Assembly: GCF_004010195.1 (NCBI RefSeq)
Contig: NC_057728.1
Span: forward strand, 48,606,652 to 48,670,651
Direction: 5' to 3'
From: Chiloscyllium plagiosum
Taxonomy: Eukaryota
Length of the DNA stretch: 64,000 nucleotides
Shown: positions 1 to 12,159 of the stretch, piece after piece
Position numbering within the stretch: the stretch's first letter is position 1
How the letters are laid out: each line of letters begins with the position of its first letter
Notes under the pieces: model-generated
Told to the model about the DNA's origin: nothing
Databases searched by the model: none
The model's input: the letters and a program-made list of their open reading frames with translations, nothing else
Translations under genes and position numbers: made by a program

Positions 1-578
1 TGTGGCATCAGCGATGATGTGAGGGGCGGAAGTGATGTCACGTGTGATGCATGAGGAATTGTGAGGGGCGGAAGTGGCTGTGGGAGTGGCCATGATGGGG
101 GCAGAAGTGACATCATCAATCAGCGTGGGGGTGGTAGCTGCATCAGCCGCATGGCTAATGGTGTTTCCGAGGCCAGGGGAATCTTCTGGAATGTTTGAGG
201 GGCGCTGGTTATGGGGGTGGGTGGATAAAAGTTTGTTGTACTTACAGTTTTTGATGTTTGAGATGGAGTTGAAATACTGTTTGTTGAGAGTATGAATTCT
301 CCTGAGGATGTAGTACTTTGCAATTCTGAGAGAGTGTGGCCCTCAGCTGAGGCAGGGCTGACTGTAGAGAGGTTAGGTGCCGGCGCATTGCTGCAAGCGT
401 GGAGCGGAGGATCTTGAAGGAGAACTGTTGCTGGTGTTTTTGAATCTGTAATCTGTACTGTTTGTCCTGTTCGGGTCCAAACTCTGCTGGTTTAAAGGTG
501 GTTCGGAGTCCGTGTGGGATGAGTTGGTTACGGAGGCAGGCACTGAGGAAGCAAATGTGGCTGTGCTGGCGAGTTTTT
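1..578 (-). mobile_element. Penelope-like element, N-terminal ORF fragment (continues off window)
   Basis: Minus strand reads KTRQHSHICFLSACLRNQLIPHGLRTTFKP..., the H..FL..C....IPxGL motif typical of PLE ORF N-termini. It is followed by a spacer with GGGGCGGAAGTG repeats. Confidence 0.7.
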
Positions 579-582
579 ACCT

Positions 583-1192
583 AGTGCTGTTAAGAAGGCA
601 TACAGTGTTAGGTTTTATTGGTAGAGGGATTGAATTCCGGAGCCGTAATGCTATGCTGCAACTATACAATATTCCAAGCTGCACTTGGAATATTGTGTAC
701 AGTTCTGGTCGCCATATTTCGGGAAGGATGTGGAAGCATTGGAAAAGGTGCAGAGGAGATTTAGCAGGGGATGTTGCCTGGTCTGGAAGGAAGGTCTTAT
801 GAGGAACGGCTGAGAGACTTGGGTCTGTTCTCATTGGAAAGAAGAAGGCTAAGAGGGGATTTGATAGAGACATACAAAATGATCAAAGGATTGGATAGGG
901 TAGACAGTGAAAGTCTTTTTCCTAGGATGGTGATGTCAGCTTGTACGAGGGAGCATAGCTACAAATTGAGGGGTGATAGATTTAAGACATATGTCAGAGG
1001 GTGGTAAGGGCATGGAATACTCTGCCTGCCAATATAGTTAACTCAGCCACATTAGGAGCATTTAAATAATCCTTGGATAAGCACATGGATGGTGATGGGA
1101 TAGTGTAGGGGGATGGGCTTAGATTAGTTCACAGGTAGAAGCAACATCGAGGGCCAATCGGGCCTGTTCTGCTCTGTATTTTTCAATGTTTC
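583..1192 (+). mobile_element. CR1 LINE 3' fragment (ORF2 C-terminus and 3'UTR)
   Basis: ORF 771-1007: [32 protein letters not shown]...TREHSYKL, the CR1 ORF2 C-terminus. Confidence 0.9.
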
Positions 1193-1704
1193 TCCTGAAG
1201 CATATCAGTTTCTTTTACTTTCACCGGTTGTTCCAATATACATGGTGAGGCCAAGATATTTGGATCAGCAAGGTCATTCCCTAAGACCAAATCAATTCCT
1301 TCCAATAGGGACTTGTTGCACTACTCCAAATTCAACATCTCCATTTATGAAGTCACTCCTTAGTCCAATTCTATATAGGGACCGGTTTGTAACCTCTGTG
1401 CCTACTCCAATTAATACCTTTCCCTCATTGTCTCCTCTCTAAGGCAAATTTTAATACTGACTTGTTCCAATATCTCTGTTTCTTTACTTATTCAGTTTCT
1501 TGAGTAGAAGTATAAAAATATACCTCTCACTTTGAAATAAAATATTCAGAACTCTAGTGGTTTGATGTTCTTTTTAAATAATTGATGTTGAACTTTCTTG
1601 ACATTCTTGAGGCATCTCTGTCTTCCAAATAGGTTCACCAGTACTATTGTTACAGTTTTAATAACCATTTCCCATCCTAATATACCTATTTAGCATCCCT
1701 ACAA

Positions 1705-2029
1705 TGTGGAATTAGATCAGCTGGCCCATCAATCTGCACTGACACACTTGAAGAGTTCCCCTCTACCCTATCCTCATAACTCTGCATTTGCCATGGCCAA
1801 TACACGTAGCCTAGACATTCCTGGACACTACAGACAATTTAATATGGTGAGTCCACCTAACCTGCACAACATCAGATGGTGAGAGGAAACTAAAGCACCC
1901 AATGAAAACCCATGCAGACACAGGGAGAACATGTAAACTCCACACAGACAGTCACTCAAGATTGGAATTGAACCCAGGGCCCTGGCACTGTGAGGCAATG
2001 GTACTAACCACTGAGCCACTATGCCACCC
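1705..2029 (-). mobile_element. HE1-type tRNA-derived SINE
   Basis: Minus strand starts GGGTGGCATAGTGGCTCAGTGGTTAGTACC...GGGTTCAATTCC (A/B boxes), followed by the TGTGTGGAGTTT(A/G)CA core shared with other copies. Confidence 0.85.
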
Positions 2030-2647
2030 TTAAAAGATAAAATTCAAGGCAAATAATTTGGGCTCGCCTGAAGATTATTTAGGCACTTTTGCCACTGCGA
2101 TAGGTTCCCAACAATTATCATTAGTATATTCAGTCTTATTTTCTTTATATCATTTTTATGTTCCAGCTTTTCTACTTTATTGTTTTGGTATCCTTTTGTC
2201 TGCTCCCTAAACAAATGCCAATGCCTTTTCTGCCTGCAGATTTTCTATTCCTCAAATCGTCCCCTAGATTCTCGTATCACTATTTCACCACATGTATTTG
2301 ATTGTTTAAGATGTGATGGATATCTGTCAAAATTGCTGCTTTTTAAATTTTTAATACTTATTGCTCATCTTGAGGTTTATCAGAATATTATTTTGGAATG
2401 CTTACATAATCATCATTTCCCGCACGTTCTCAAAAGTTTTTCTGTAATTCCAGTTATCAAAACCACTGATCTCATAATATGACTCCACCTCTGGCAAATA
2501 CTACAAATATTTGACCAAGAGTTATTAAGACGTACTAGCAGAAATAGGCCATTCAGTCCACCAATGACTGCAGATGCTGGAAACCAGATTCTGGATTAGT
2601 GGTGCTGGAAGAGCTCAGCAGTTCAGGCAGTAGCCGAGGAGCACTAA

Positions 2648-2680
2648 AATCGACGTTTCGGGCACAAGCCCTTCGTCAGG
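2648..2680 (-). ncRNA. Minimal hammerhead ribozyme motif (PLE type)
   Basis: Minus strand CUGACGA-A-GGGC-UUGU-GCCC-GAAACGUC: intact core, 4-bp stem II, palindromic ACGU in place of stem III. Confidence 0.75.
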
Positions 2681-2873
2681 AATACAGGCAGAGAGCCTGA
2701 AGGGTGAAGAGATAAGTGAGAGGAGGGTGGGCGTGGGGAGAAGGTAGCATAGAAAGAAGTTTTCCTCCTCTCTCTACAAGAATCTCAGGGAGTCCCTCTC
2801 CCACTGCAACTCCCAGGTATTTTCCTCTGCCCTGAAGCTCTTCGACCATGTCCTGAAACAAACAGCTTTATTC

Positions 2874-2903
2874 CTGATGAAGGACTTTTGCCCGAAACGT
2901 CGA
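2874..2903 (+). ncRNA. Minimal hammerhead ribozyme motif
   Basis: CUGAUGA-A-GGAC-UUUU-GCCC-GAAACGUC, with one stem II mismatch. Confidence 0.65.
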
Positions 2904-3014
2904 TTTTACTGCTCCTCAGATGCTGCCTGAACTGCTGTGCTCTTCCAGCACCACTAATCCACATTCAGTCCATCAGGTCTGCTCTATCATTCAAAGAGAT
3001 CTTGGCAGATCTGA

Positions 3015-4665
3015 TAAACCTCCATGTCACCATGGATGTGCAATCCCTCTACACATCCATCCCTCAGCAGGATGGTCTCAGGGCTCTTTGTTTCTTCCTA
3101 GAGCGAAGGTCTAAACCCTCCTCACCTACCATCACCCTCCTCCAATTGGCCAAGCTCATCCTCACCCTTAACAACTTCTCTTTTAACTCTTCTCATTTTC
3201 TTCAACTCAGAGGGGTGGCCATGGGTACTTGCATGGGCCCCAGTTACGCCTGTCTCTTTGTGGGGAATGTGGAACATTCCTTGTCCCAGTCCTATTCTGG
3301 CCCCCACCCACAACTCTTTCTCCGATATATTGATGATGTCATCAGTGCTGCTTCCTTCTCTCATCTGGAATTGGAAAAGCTCATCAATTTCGCTTCCACC
3401 CATCCTCACTTTCCTCTGACTCCTCCCTTCCCTTCCATGACATTTCTGTTTCCATTTCTGGGCATAAATTGGCCACAAATATCCATTATAAACCCACCGA
3501 CCCCCACAGCTATCAAGACTATACATCTTCGCACCCTGCTTCCAATAAAGTCTCCATTCCATTCTCTCAGTTCCTCCATTTCTGCTGCATTTGTTCTGAT
3601 GATGCCAACTCTGAAAAGAGCACCTCCAAAATGTCCAACTTCTTCCTCAACTGAGGATTCCCCTCAACCTGGTCTGACCCATCTCCCGTACTTCAGCCCT
3701 CATCCTCTCTTGTTCCTCTTGCAACAGTGATAGTGTCCCCCTTACCTACTATCCCACCAGCATCCACAGCTAAAGGATTATCAGCCACCATTTCCACCAC
3801 CTCCAGCAAGATACCACCACCAGACACACATTCCCCTCGCTTCCCTTGCCAGCCTTCCACAGGGACCGTTCCCTCCCGGACTCCCTGGTCCCCTCTTCCT
3901 TCACTCACAACATCCTCCCACAGATCCACGGCACCTTCCCCTGCAACCACTAAAGGTGTAACACCTCATTTATCTCCTCATTCCTCAGTATCCAAGGGCC
4001 TAAGCATACCTTCCAGGTGAAGCAGCACTTTACCTGCACTTCCCACAATCTAGGAGAAGTAGGGCTTATGCCCGAAACGTCAATTCTCCTGCTCCTCGGA
4101 TGCTGCCTGACCTGCTGCACTTTTCCAGCAACACATTTTTCAGCTCTTCCCACAATCTAGTCTACTGCATTCGCTCCTCATAATATGTTCTCCTCCACAT
4201 TAGAGAAACAAAGCATAGGGTGGCTGACAGCTTTGCGGAATATCTACATTCTGCCCGCTAAAAAGATTCCGAACTTACAGTTGCCTGCCACTTTAACACA
4301 CCACCCTGTTCCCTGGCCAACATCTCTGTCTCAGGTTTGCTGCAGTGCTCCAGCGATGCTCAGCGCAAGCTGGAAGAACAACCCCTCAATTTCCACTTGG
4401 GGACTCTGTGGCCCTCTGGCCTCAATATCAAGTTCAATAATTTTAGGGCCCGAACTCCCTGTTCTTCTCTCTCTTTGGGCTCTATCCCCACCTATTGTTT
4501 ACTCCTTACCCCTTGCCCTCACCCTATCCTCTGCATATGAACCAACATTTTCCTAACTACCATCGGTTCTGAGGAAGGGTCACTGGACCCAAAATGATGA
4601 CTCTGATTTCTTTTCACAGATGCTGCTGGACATGCTGAACTTTTCCAGCAACTTCTGGTTTTCTT
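3015..4665 (+). mobile_element. Penelope-like element, 5'-truncated (RT, GIY-YIG, pLTR), frameshifted
   Basis: TMDVQSLYTSIP, GVAMGTCMGPSYACLFVG, RYIDD and YKPTD RT/thumb motifs; RKLEEQ..LGTLWPSGLN endonuclease end; degenerate hammerhead at 4569-4598. Confidence 0.9.
4054..4145 (+). mobile_element. 92-bp pLTR-derived insertion with 15-bp TSD inside the PLE
   Basis: CTTCCCACAATCTAG occurs at 4039-4053 and 4146-4160. The insert contains GGGCTTATGCCCGAAACGTC. Confidence 0.85.
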
Positions 4666-4679
4666 TCTCATCAACCCTA

Positions 4680-5470
4680 TTTTACTGCTTTTCTCCTACA
4701 AGACCGGATCCCCATACTCATTAAAAATCTATCTATCTGAACCTTGAAAAGACTGAAAGACCTGGCTTCTACAACCCAGTGCAGTAGAGAATTCGACAGA
4801 TTTACCATCTTCAGAGAAGAAATTCCTCCTCGGCTCTGTTCTAATTGTTGGACTCCTTACTCTGAGATTATGCTTCTGATCCTATGCTTTTCCACAAGGG
4901 AAAACAACTTCTCTGCAACTACACTGTCAAGCCCTTATGAAATCTTTTATCTCAATAAGGTCACCTCTCATTCTGCTAAACTCCAATGAGTACAAGCCCA
5001 ACCTACTCTAGCTCTCTTCGCAGGAAAATCCCTCCATACCCAATTTCAACAAAGTGAATCTTCTCTGGACTGCCATCAATGTCAGTACTTTTTTCTTTAG
5101 ATAACTGGACCAAAACTGTTGACGGTATTCTAGGTTTTGGCCTAACTAGTGCCTTGTAGTGTTTTAGCAAGAATATTCAAGAGGGAACTGAACGTGGCCC
5201 TTGCAGTTAAAGGGATCGGGGGTGTGGAGAGAAAGCAAGAATAGATTACTGAAATTGCAAGACCAGCCATGATCATATTGAATGGTGGTACAGGCTCAAA
5301 GGGCCGAATGGCCTACTCCTGTACCTATTTTCTATGTTTCGTATTTTTGTACTCCATTCCCTATGAAATAAAAACTGACATTCCATTTGGTTTTCCTATT
5401 ACCTGCTGAACTTGCATGCTCGTTTCTTTTGTGATTAATAGTCAAGGACACTGAAATTCTTCTGTGCTGC
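4680..5470 (-). mobile_element. Old CR1/L2-like fragments (with a + strand CR1 3' tail at about 5170-5340)
   Basis: Similar to 37120-37860. Has the GGGCCGAATGGCCTACTCCTG...CTATGTTTC tail. Confidence 0.55.
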
Positions 5471-6929
5471 TGCAACTTATTACAGTCTTTAACTCTATTA
5501 GTTTTCCTTTAATTTTTTCCTCCAGTGATAAACAACATCTGACTCATTGCATGTAAGCAACTAAGTAAAAGTTACACTGGTATGAGTGTATAGTATTACA
5601 GATATTATGAGGAGGACCTTGATGCTACTCCTTAAAGATCCAAAGCTGTTCTCCTACCAGGGCCAAATGACAACATCATAGTGGGTGGCATTTGAGGCAC
5701 ACTTTAGCATTATCCCTTTCAGTACCTTATACCTTTATTTAACAATAATCAATGATTAGCCCAAAAATCATATGTCTTGTAAGTAAATGTAGCACAGCAC
5801 ATAGTTAGCATCCCTTTCCACCCTTCACTATTCTTTTATCAAGCTGTCACAAATGTGAAAATATTTTAAACCTCATTGTGAGGATTTTACTGATACTGTA
5901 ATAACCGCAAGATGTAAATATTTTAAAATGTGCAGCTACTACTGTCTTTGAATCTCTTGCATGAAGTTATTTATGCAACACTGATCAATTTTCATCATTT
6001 GTTTTGTTAGGAACTAGGAGCCGCCTTTTCCATGTAAATTATTACCTTTGTGATCGTATAAATATCTATGAGCTGTTGATTATATTAAACAGATGATTAA
6101 TTTAATGCTAATTACCAACCTCAGTTTTTGTTTCCATGATGCCTTCTTTCTCCCTCATTTACTTTTATAAGATGCTTCTTGAAGGCGCTGTCTGCTTTGA
6201 TCTTACCATTAACTCCTATGAACCTTCCTTCTTGTCTGGTATTGGTAACTTTTCAGTCAGTATTTCTTATAAGTGTCTCAGTTCGTAAATAATGCATTGA
6301 AGGATAAGGCACGGTTTCTCAAGCTATCTTCATATGGAGCATACATTACACTCCTTAACATAACAAACGTACCATCAATCTTTGTTTTTATCTAATTAGT
6401 TTCCCATGAATGACTCACATAACAACCATTTCTTGCTAAATAAGTCATGAATGTTGCTTGAACTGGGACCTTGTTCCTTTGTGCTGGTCAGCACAGGTTT
6501 CATCTGTCCCTTTTCATCAGCAATGGGGTTGTGGGGACTATTATTTAAAAGACTTTACACCTTCACTGGAATATCTCTTAAATTGGTAATTAACCCCTGT
6601 TGGGTATTTCTTATTGTAAAACTGCCCTGTTACAGTATTGTCAATTTTAAAGGAAAGCAGATGTCAAGGGTACCGATTTACATGAGTAAAGTATTGCAAA
6701 TTCTAGATGCCCAAATATAAACAGAAAATGTTGGAAATACTCAGCACGTCTGGTAACATACGCAGAGAATGAAAAAAGCTAATGTTTCAGGCCAGTAAAG
6801 TAATGATTCAGATCCTGGCCAAGGATTATCAATAGTAACCCTTTTTCTTTCCACAGATACTGTCAAAATTGTTGAGAATTTCCAACACTTTCTGTCTTTT
6901 ATTTATTGCGTTCATGTCTTCCGTTACCT

Positions 6930-8100
6930 CACCTGTTACTATCAACGATACAAAGAGACCCAGTAATCACATCCCTAGCTTCCCACAGAGTTTGAGGGTA
7001 CACCTGATCAGGACCTAGGGATTTATTCACTTTTATGCATTTCAAGACATCCAGCACCTCCTCGGCTGTAATATGGACACTTTTCAAGATGTCACCATCT
7101 ACTTCCCCACATTCTATATCTTCCATGTCCTTTCCCATAGTAAACACTGATGCAAAATACTCATTTAGTATCTCCCCCATCTCCTGCGGCTCCACGCAAA
7201 GACTGCCTTGCTGATCTTTGAGGGGCCCTATTCTCTCCCTAGTTACCCTTTTGTCCTTAATGTATTTATAAAAACCCTTTGGATTCTCTTTAACCCTATT
7301 TTCCAAAGCTATCTCATGTCCCCTTTTTGCATTATTTGGTCGCTGGCCCCAAAGTGCTCCCCCACTGATAACTCAGTCACCTGCCCTGCCTTATTCCCCA
7401 AGAGTGGGTCAAATTTTGCACCTTCTCTAGTAGGTACATCCACATACTGAATCAGAAAATTGTCTTGTATACACTTAACAAATTCCTCTCCATCTAAACT
7501 CTTAACACTATGGCAGTCCCAGTCTACGTTTGGAAAGTTAAAACCCCTACCATAATCACCCTATTATTCTTACAGATAATTGAGATCTCCTTACAAATTT
7601 GTTTCTCAATTTCCCGCTGGCTATTAGGGGGTCTATAATACAATCCCAATAAAGTGATCATCCCTTTCTTATTTTTCAGTTCCACACAAATAACTTCCCT
7701 GGATATATTTCCGGGAATATCCTCCCTCAGCACAACTGTAATGCTATCCCTTATCAAACATGCCACTCCCCCTCCTCTCTTGACTCCCTTTCTGTCCTTC
7801 CTGTAGCATTGGTATCCTGGAACATTAAGCTGCTAGTCATTGGCCAACCCTGAGCCATGTTTCTGTAATTACTATGATATCCCAGTCCCATGTTCCGAAC
7901 CATGCCCTGAGTTCATCTACCTTCCTTGTTAAGCCTCTTACATTGAAATAAATAGTTTAATTGATCAGTCCTACCTTGTTTTCTGCTTTGTCCCTGCCTG
8001 CCCTGATTGCTTGACTCACTTCTGTTCTCAACTGTACCAGTGTTAGACTGATCTCTTTCCTCACTATCTCCCTGGGTCCCACCACCACTCCCCACACCCT
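6930..8100 (-). mobile_element. CR1 LINE ORF2 fragment (endonuclease to RT start), internally deleted
   Basis: LGLYYRPPNS, KENPKGFYKYIKDKR and KSLGPDQVYP motifs. Confidence 0.9.
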
Positions 8101-8783
8101 GGAGTCGCAGGTAGATAGGATAGTGAAGAAGGTGTTTGGTATGCTTTCCTTTATTGGTCAGAGTCAGAGTATTGAGTACAGGAGTTGGGAGGTCATGTTG
8201 CGGCTGTACATTCCATTGATTAAGCCATTGTTGGAATATTGTGTGCAATTCTGGTCTCCTTCCTATCAGAAAGATGTTGTGAAACAAAAGGGTTCAGAAA
8301 AGATTTACAAGGATGTTGCCAGGGTTGAAGGATTTGAGCAATAGGGAGAGGTTGAATAGGTAGGGGCTGTTTTCCCTGGAGTGTCGGAGGGTGACGGGTG
8401 ACCTTTATAGAGGTTTATAAAATCATGAGGAAGATGGATAAGGTAAATAGGCAAAGCCTTTTCCCTGGGCTGGGGGAATCCAGAACTAGAGGGCATAGGT
8501 TTAGGGTGAGAGGGGAAAGATATAAAAGAGACCTAAGGGGCAACTTTTTCACACAGAGGGTGGTGCGTTATGGAATGAGCTGCCAGAGGAACTAGTGGAG
8601 GCTAGTACAATTGCAACATTTAAAAGACATCTGGTTGTTATATGAATTTGGAGGTTGTTATATGGTTTGGAGGGATATGAGCTGGGTGCTGGCAAGTGGC
8701 CCTACATTAGGTTGGAATATCTGATTGGTATGGACGAGTTGGACCAAAGGGTCTGTTTCTGTGCTGTACATCTCTATGACTCT
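8101..8783 (+). mobile_element. CR1 LINE 3' fragment
   Basis: [24 protein letters not shown]; ends in the CTCTATGACTCT tail. Confidence 0.9.
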
Positions 8784-9137
8784 CAAGGCACAATCATCCC
8801 TTTTGTTATTTTGATATTCAAGTATGTCCAAGGAATCCTCAATCCAAAGGCAAGCAATTCTATAATCTTTCTCTTTCCCATTATTGCAGACTTTGAAATG
8901 TTAATATTGGAGTTACATGGTTGGGAGGCATGCAGATCAGTACTGGGACAAGTGTCTAATGTTCTAGTAAAGAGCAGGATGCAGACTGAAATTATAAATA
9001 GGCATTTATTTGTAAAAGTTGTGTGGATTAGGCAGAATAATTTATTTAATTCAATTTAATTCAGATTATTTAATACTATTTAACTAGAACAGGCATCTAA
9101 CATTAGGAAATTTACAACAATTGAACTATCCAGTTAA

Positions 9138-9478
9138 TAATCACACAACACCAGGTTATAGTCCAACTGGTTTATTTGGAAGCACTAGCTTTCGGAGTGC
9201 TGCTCTTTCATCTGGTGGTTGTGGAGAATAAGACAGAATTTATAGCAAAAGTTTACAGTGTGATGTAACTGAAACTACATATTGAAAAAGACCTGGATTG
9301 TTTGTTAAGTCTCTCATCTTTTAGAATGACCATGTTGGTTTCAGTTCTTTCAAAACGTTTTTTAAAAGTTACATTCTCAAGTGCATGATTTACATATGAA
9401 AGAACTGAAACCAACATGGTCATTCTAAAAGATGAGAGACTTAACAAACAATCCAGGTTTTTTTCAATATGTAATCTC
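9138..9478. mobile_element. PLE family-2 pLTR fragment with internal inversion
   Basis: Reverse complement of 22200-22455. Degenerate hammerhead at 9183-9217 (minus, ...GAAAGCUA). Inverted arms 9276-9352 and 9397-9473. Confidence 0.75.
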
Positions 9479-9499
9479 AATACAGAAATACAGGTGTGC

Positions 9500-10310
9500 A
9501 GTGAAAAGTGTACAATGTCACCACACACAGTGCCATCTTAGGTATGAAGGTACCGAGGTACCATACAAAACTTGGGTACAAATAGTAACAAAGCAACAAA
9601 CTTACAAGTTCTTAGAATAAGTAGAAAAATAAAGAAATAAAGTTCAAAGTTAACATTACAATCCTTCACAGTATTAAGTGGAAAAATAAAGGAATAAAAG
9701 TAAAAGTTCAACAGTCTCTCTTAAGTGCACTGTCTGCAAGGGTTCAGTCTCCTCTGCTTTGGCCCACTCTGGGACACCTTGGGCTTGCTGCTCTCAATGC
9801 CGCAGATGCCAAGCGATCTCCCTCACTGACACTTTGGGCTCACTCTGACCATGTTGGGCTCTGGGCCGACAGCCACTTCCCTGCACTGGACCTCCAGCCG
9901 ACTCCACTCTGGGCCCACAGCCTCTTCCTTGCACTGGACCTCTAGCAACACTGGTCTTGGCCCACAGCTGCTGCCACATTCTCGACGATGTCATAGCTGC
10001 TGCTACTTCTCTCTCCAGAATTCCGGAAGGTAGGTAAAAAAATTGTGAACGAGAGAGAAGAAAAGAAAAATGTGGCCAGCCCGGAGCAGACAAGCCTACT
10101 GTGCTGGTGCTGCCATCTTGAATAGTCGGCTCACTCTCCCCTCCACACACCGTGGTCCCACTCTTTACTGATGCCACTGCCTTAAAAGGCCTTAAAAAGA
10201 AAAGAGAACAAAAGCAAAAGCAAAAAAAAATAAAGAAAGCAGACAGAAGTGGACAAGCCCCAGAACAGGAGTCAAATGCAGCACTGCTACTCTGCTGCCA
10301 TCTTGAATTT
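9500..10310 (-). repeat. Unclassified probable non-autonomous element with 48-bp internal tandem repeat
   Basis: GCCATCTT occurs three times (about 9532, 10112, 10296). A 48-bp unit repeats at 9859, 9907 and partially 9955. Confidence 0.35.
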
Positions 10311-10595
10311 CTCGCAGGACTCCTGCAGTGACGTCAAGTTCAGTTAACTAATTGCATACCTATTTCAATAGGTTGTACATTTGAGAAAGCTAAGGGGTAA
10401 AAGTAAACTTCAGCATGGGCACAAAATGTTTGTTAGGAAATTGGCTATCCTTTCTAAACCCCACCTCATTAGCCCACACGCACCTATCAAAGTTGAATTT
10501 CATTCTTTTAATCTTTTGAAGATGCTCAGAGGTAACCACATTTGGATTTCTGTCCAATTTTGCTTAGAAATGAAAGCAATAAATTTATGCTCCAT

Positions 10596-11270
10596 GGGGC
10601 GGCACAGTGGCTCAGCGGTTAGCACTGCTGCCTCATAGTGCTAGGGACCTGGGTTCATTTCCTGCCTCGGGCGACCGTCTGTGTGGAGTTTGCACATCCT
10701 CCCCATGTCTGCGTGGGTTTCCTCGGGGTGGTGAGTGACTTAAAGGGGAACTTGCAGGTGGTGGTGTTCTCATGTATATGCTGCGGTTGTCCTTCTAGAT
10801 TGAAGCAGTTGTTGGTTTGAAAGGTGCTGTCTAAGAGGGTTTGTTGTGGAAGTGGAAGTGAATAGTCTTGTAAATGATATTTTTCTTTCTTTCTTTGCAC
10901 TAAATTATCAAACAATATATCCTTTTATGCTTCTATCTATGGGAAGGAATTGTTCACCTCGGGGTGCTCCAGTTTCCTCCCACAGTCCAAAGATGTGCAG
11001 GTTAGGTGAATTGGCCATAATAAATTGCCCGTAGTGTTAGGTATGTTAGTCCTCTAACCTAATAATAACATCTGTTGTGGTAAGTAGGTAAGTGCTGAAT
11101 TTTGCTTGTTGTATTCTTTAGACCCAGTTTTTTTGCCTGTACTGCGCTGTATTCTTCTATGTTCTATGTTCTAAATATAGGGTAGGGGAATGGGCTTGGG
11201 TGGGTTGCTCTTCAGAGGGTCGGTGTGGACTTGTTGGGCCGAAGGGCCTGTTTCCACACTGTAGGGAATC
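10596..11270 (+). mobile_element. HE1-type SINE interrupted by two insertions
   Basis: GGGGCGGCACAGTGGCTCAGCGGTTAGCAC head and GGGCCGAAGGGCCTGTTTCCACACTGTAG tail. Inserts at 10731-10956 and about 11051-11172. Confidence 0.9.
10729..10960. repeat. Inverted 232-bp copy of 12046-12277
   Basis: Reverse-complement match with 3 mismatches seen. Flanked by the duplication CCTCGGGGTG (10721-10730, 10957-10966). Confidence 0.95.
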
Positions 11271-12159
11271 GAAAACATACTTTATTGTTGGTAATTATCC
11301 AGCTTCTTGTGACCTTTCAATTGTATTCATCCTTGAATAACAAGCAATGGAATCAAGAATGATAACTTCAGAACAAATGTGTGTAATTTAAATAATGAGG
11401 TTTTATAGGAAAATAGACACATCTATAAGGCCTCATTAATAGTCTAATGACCCAGTATATTCCAATTACTACAGAATTTAAGTAAAATCCCAATTATATA
11501 TTAGAGATTCAGACCTCAGACATTTGAAGAATAATTGGCGGTTTTGCAGCTTCCATGGTATAATTCTGAGATCCTATTTAGCTTTAAGGTTCAAACTACC
11601 AGCCCCAGCTTGCAATTTGACAAATGACAGTTTGACATGACATTTGACATGGATGTCAGGAATAATTCACATAGAGGGAGCTGAAGGTGCCCTGAAATGT
11701 GTTGTCAGAATTGACATTTCTGTTGGAAAAGAATGACTTAGAACACAAACCCATTTAAACCTACAAAATATGTTTGCTGAGTGATTGATATTTAATTTTA
11801 AATCAAATAAAATGACAGAGAAGTGAACCATCTAAGAGTATCCAGAGCAACCAGGAGGCAGAGAAAGACCAGAAATGAACAAGGTACATTCAGTGTGAAA
11901 TAAGAGATTCCAAGTGATTTTGAATCTTATTCTATACAGTCAGTAACAATCTGGTTTCTTCCAAGAGATGGCTTTTGCAATATTAGACAAGTCACCTGAA
12001 AGGAATTAAACTGGTTGGATTCATTTCGCTAATGGGTATACCAAGGAGGTGAACAATTCCTTCCCATAGATAGAAGCATAAAAGGATATATTGTTTGATA
12101 ATTTAGTGTAAAGAAAGAAAGAAAAAGATCATTTACAAGGCTATTCACTTCCACTTCCA

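Larger units (their letters stand above)
2567..2960. mobile_element. Short PLE derivative with two inverted pLTR segments around the ORF 5' tip
   Basis: 2596-2685 and 2868-2960 are reverse complements of each other. The middle (about 2765-2862) encodes SSLYKNLRESLSHCNSQVFSSALKLFDHVLKQT. Confidence 0.75.

Noticed and set aside
10596..10670. tRNA-like sequences at SINE heads (also 18202-18266, 21562, 53030)
   Set aside because: They continue into the SINE core and tail; not tRNA genes.
11940..11995. Minus-strand terminal-exon candidate (DLSNIAKAISWKKPDCY*) after ttcctttcag
   Set aside because: No compatible upstream exon found and no recognisable homology; could be chance.
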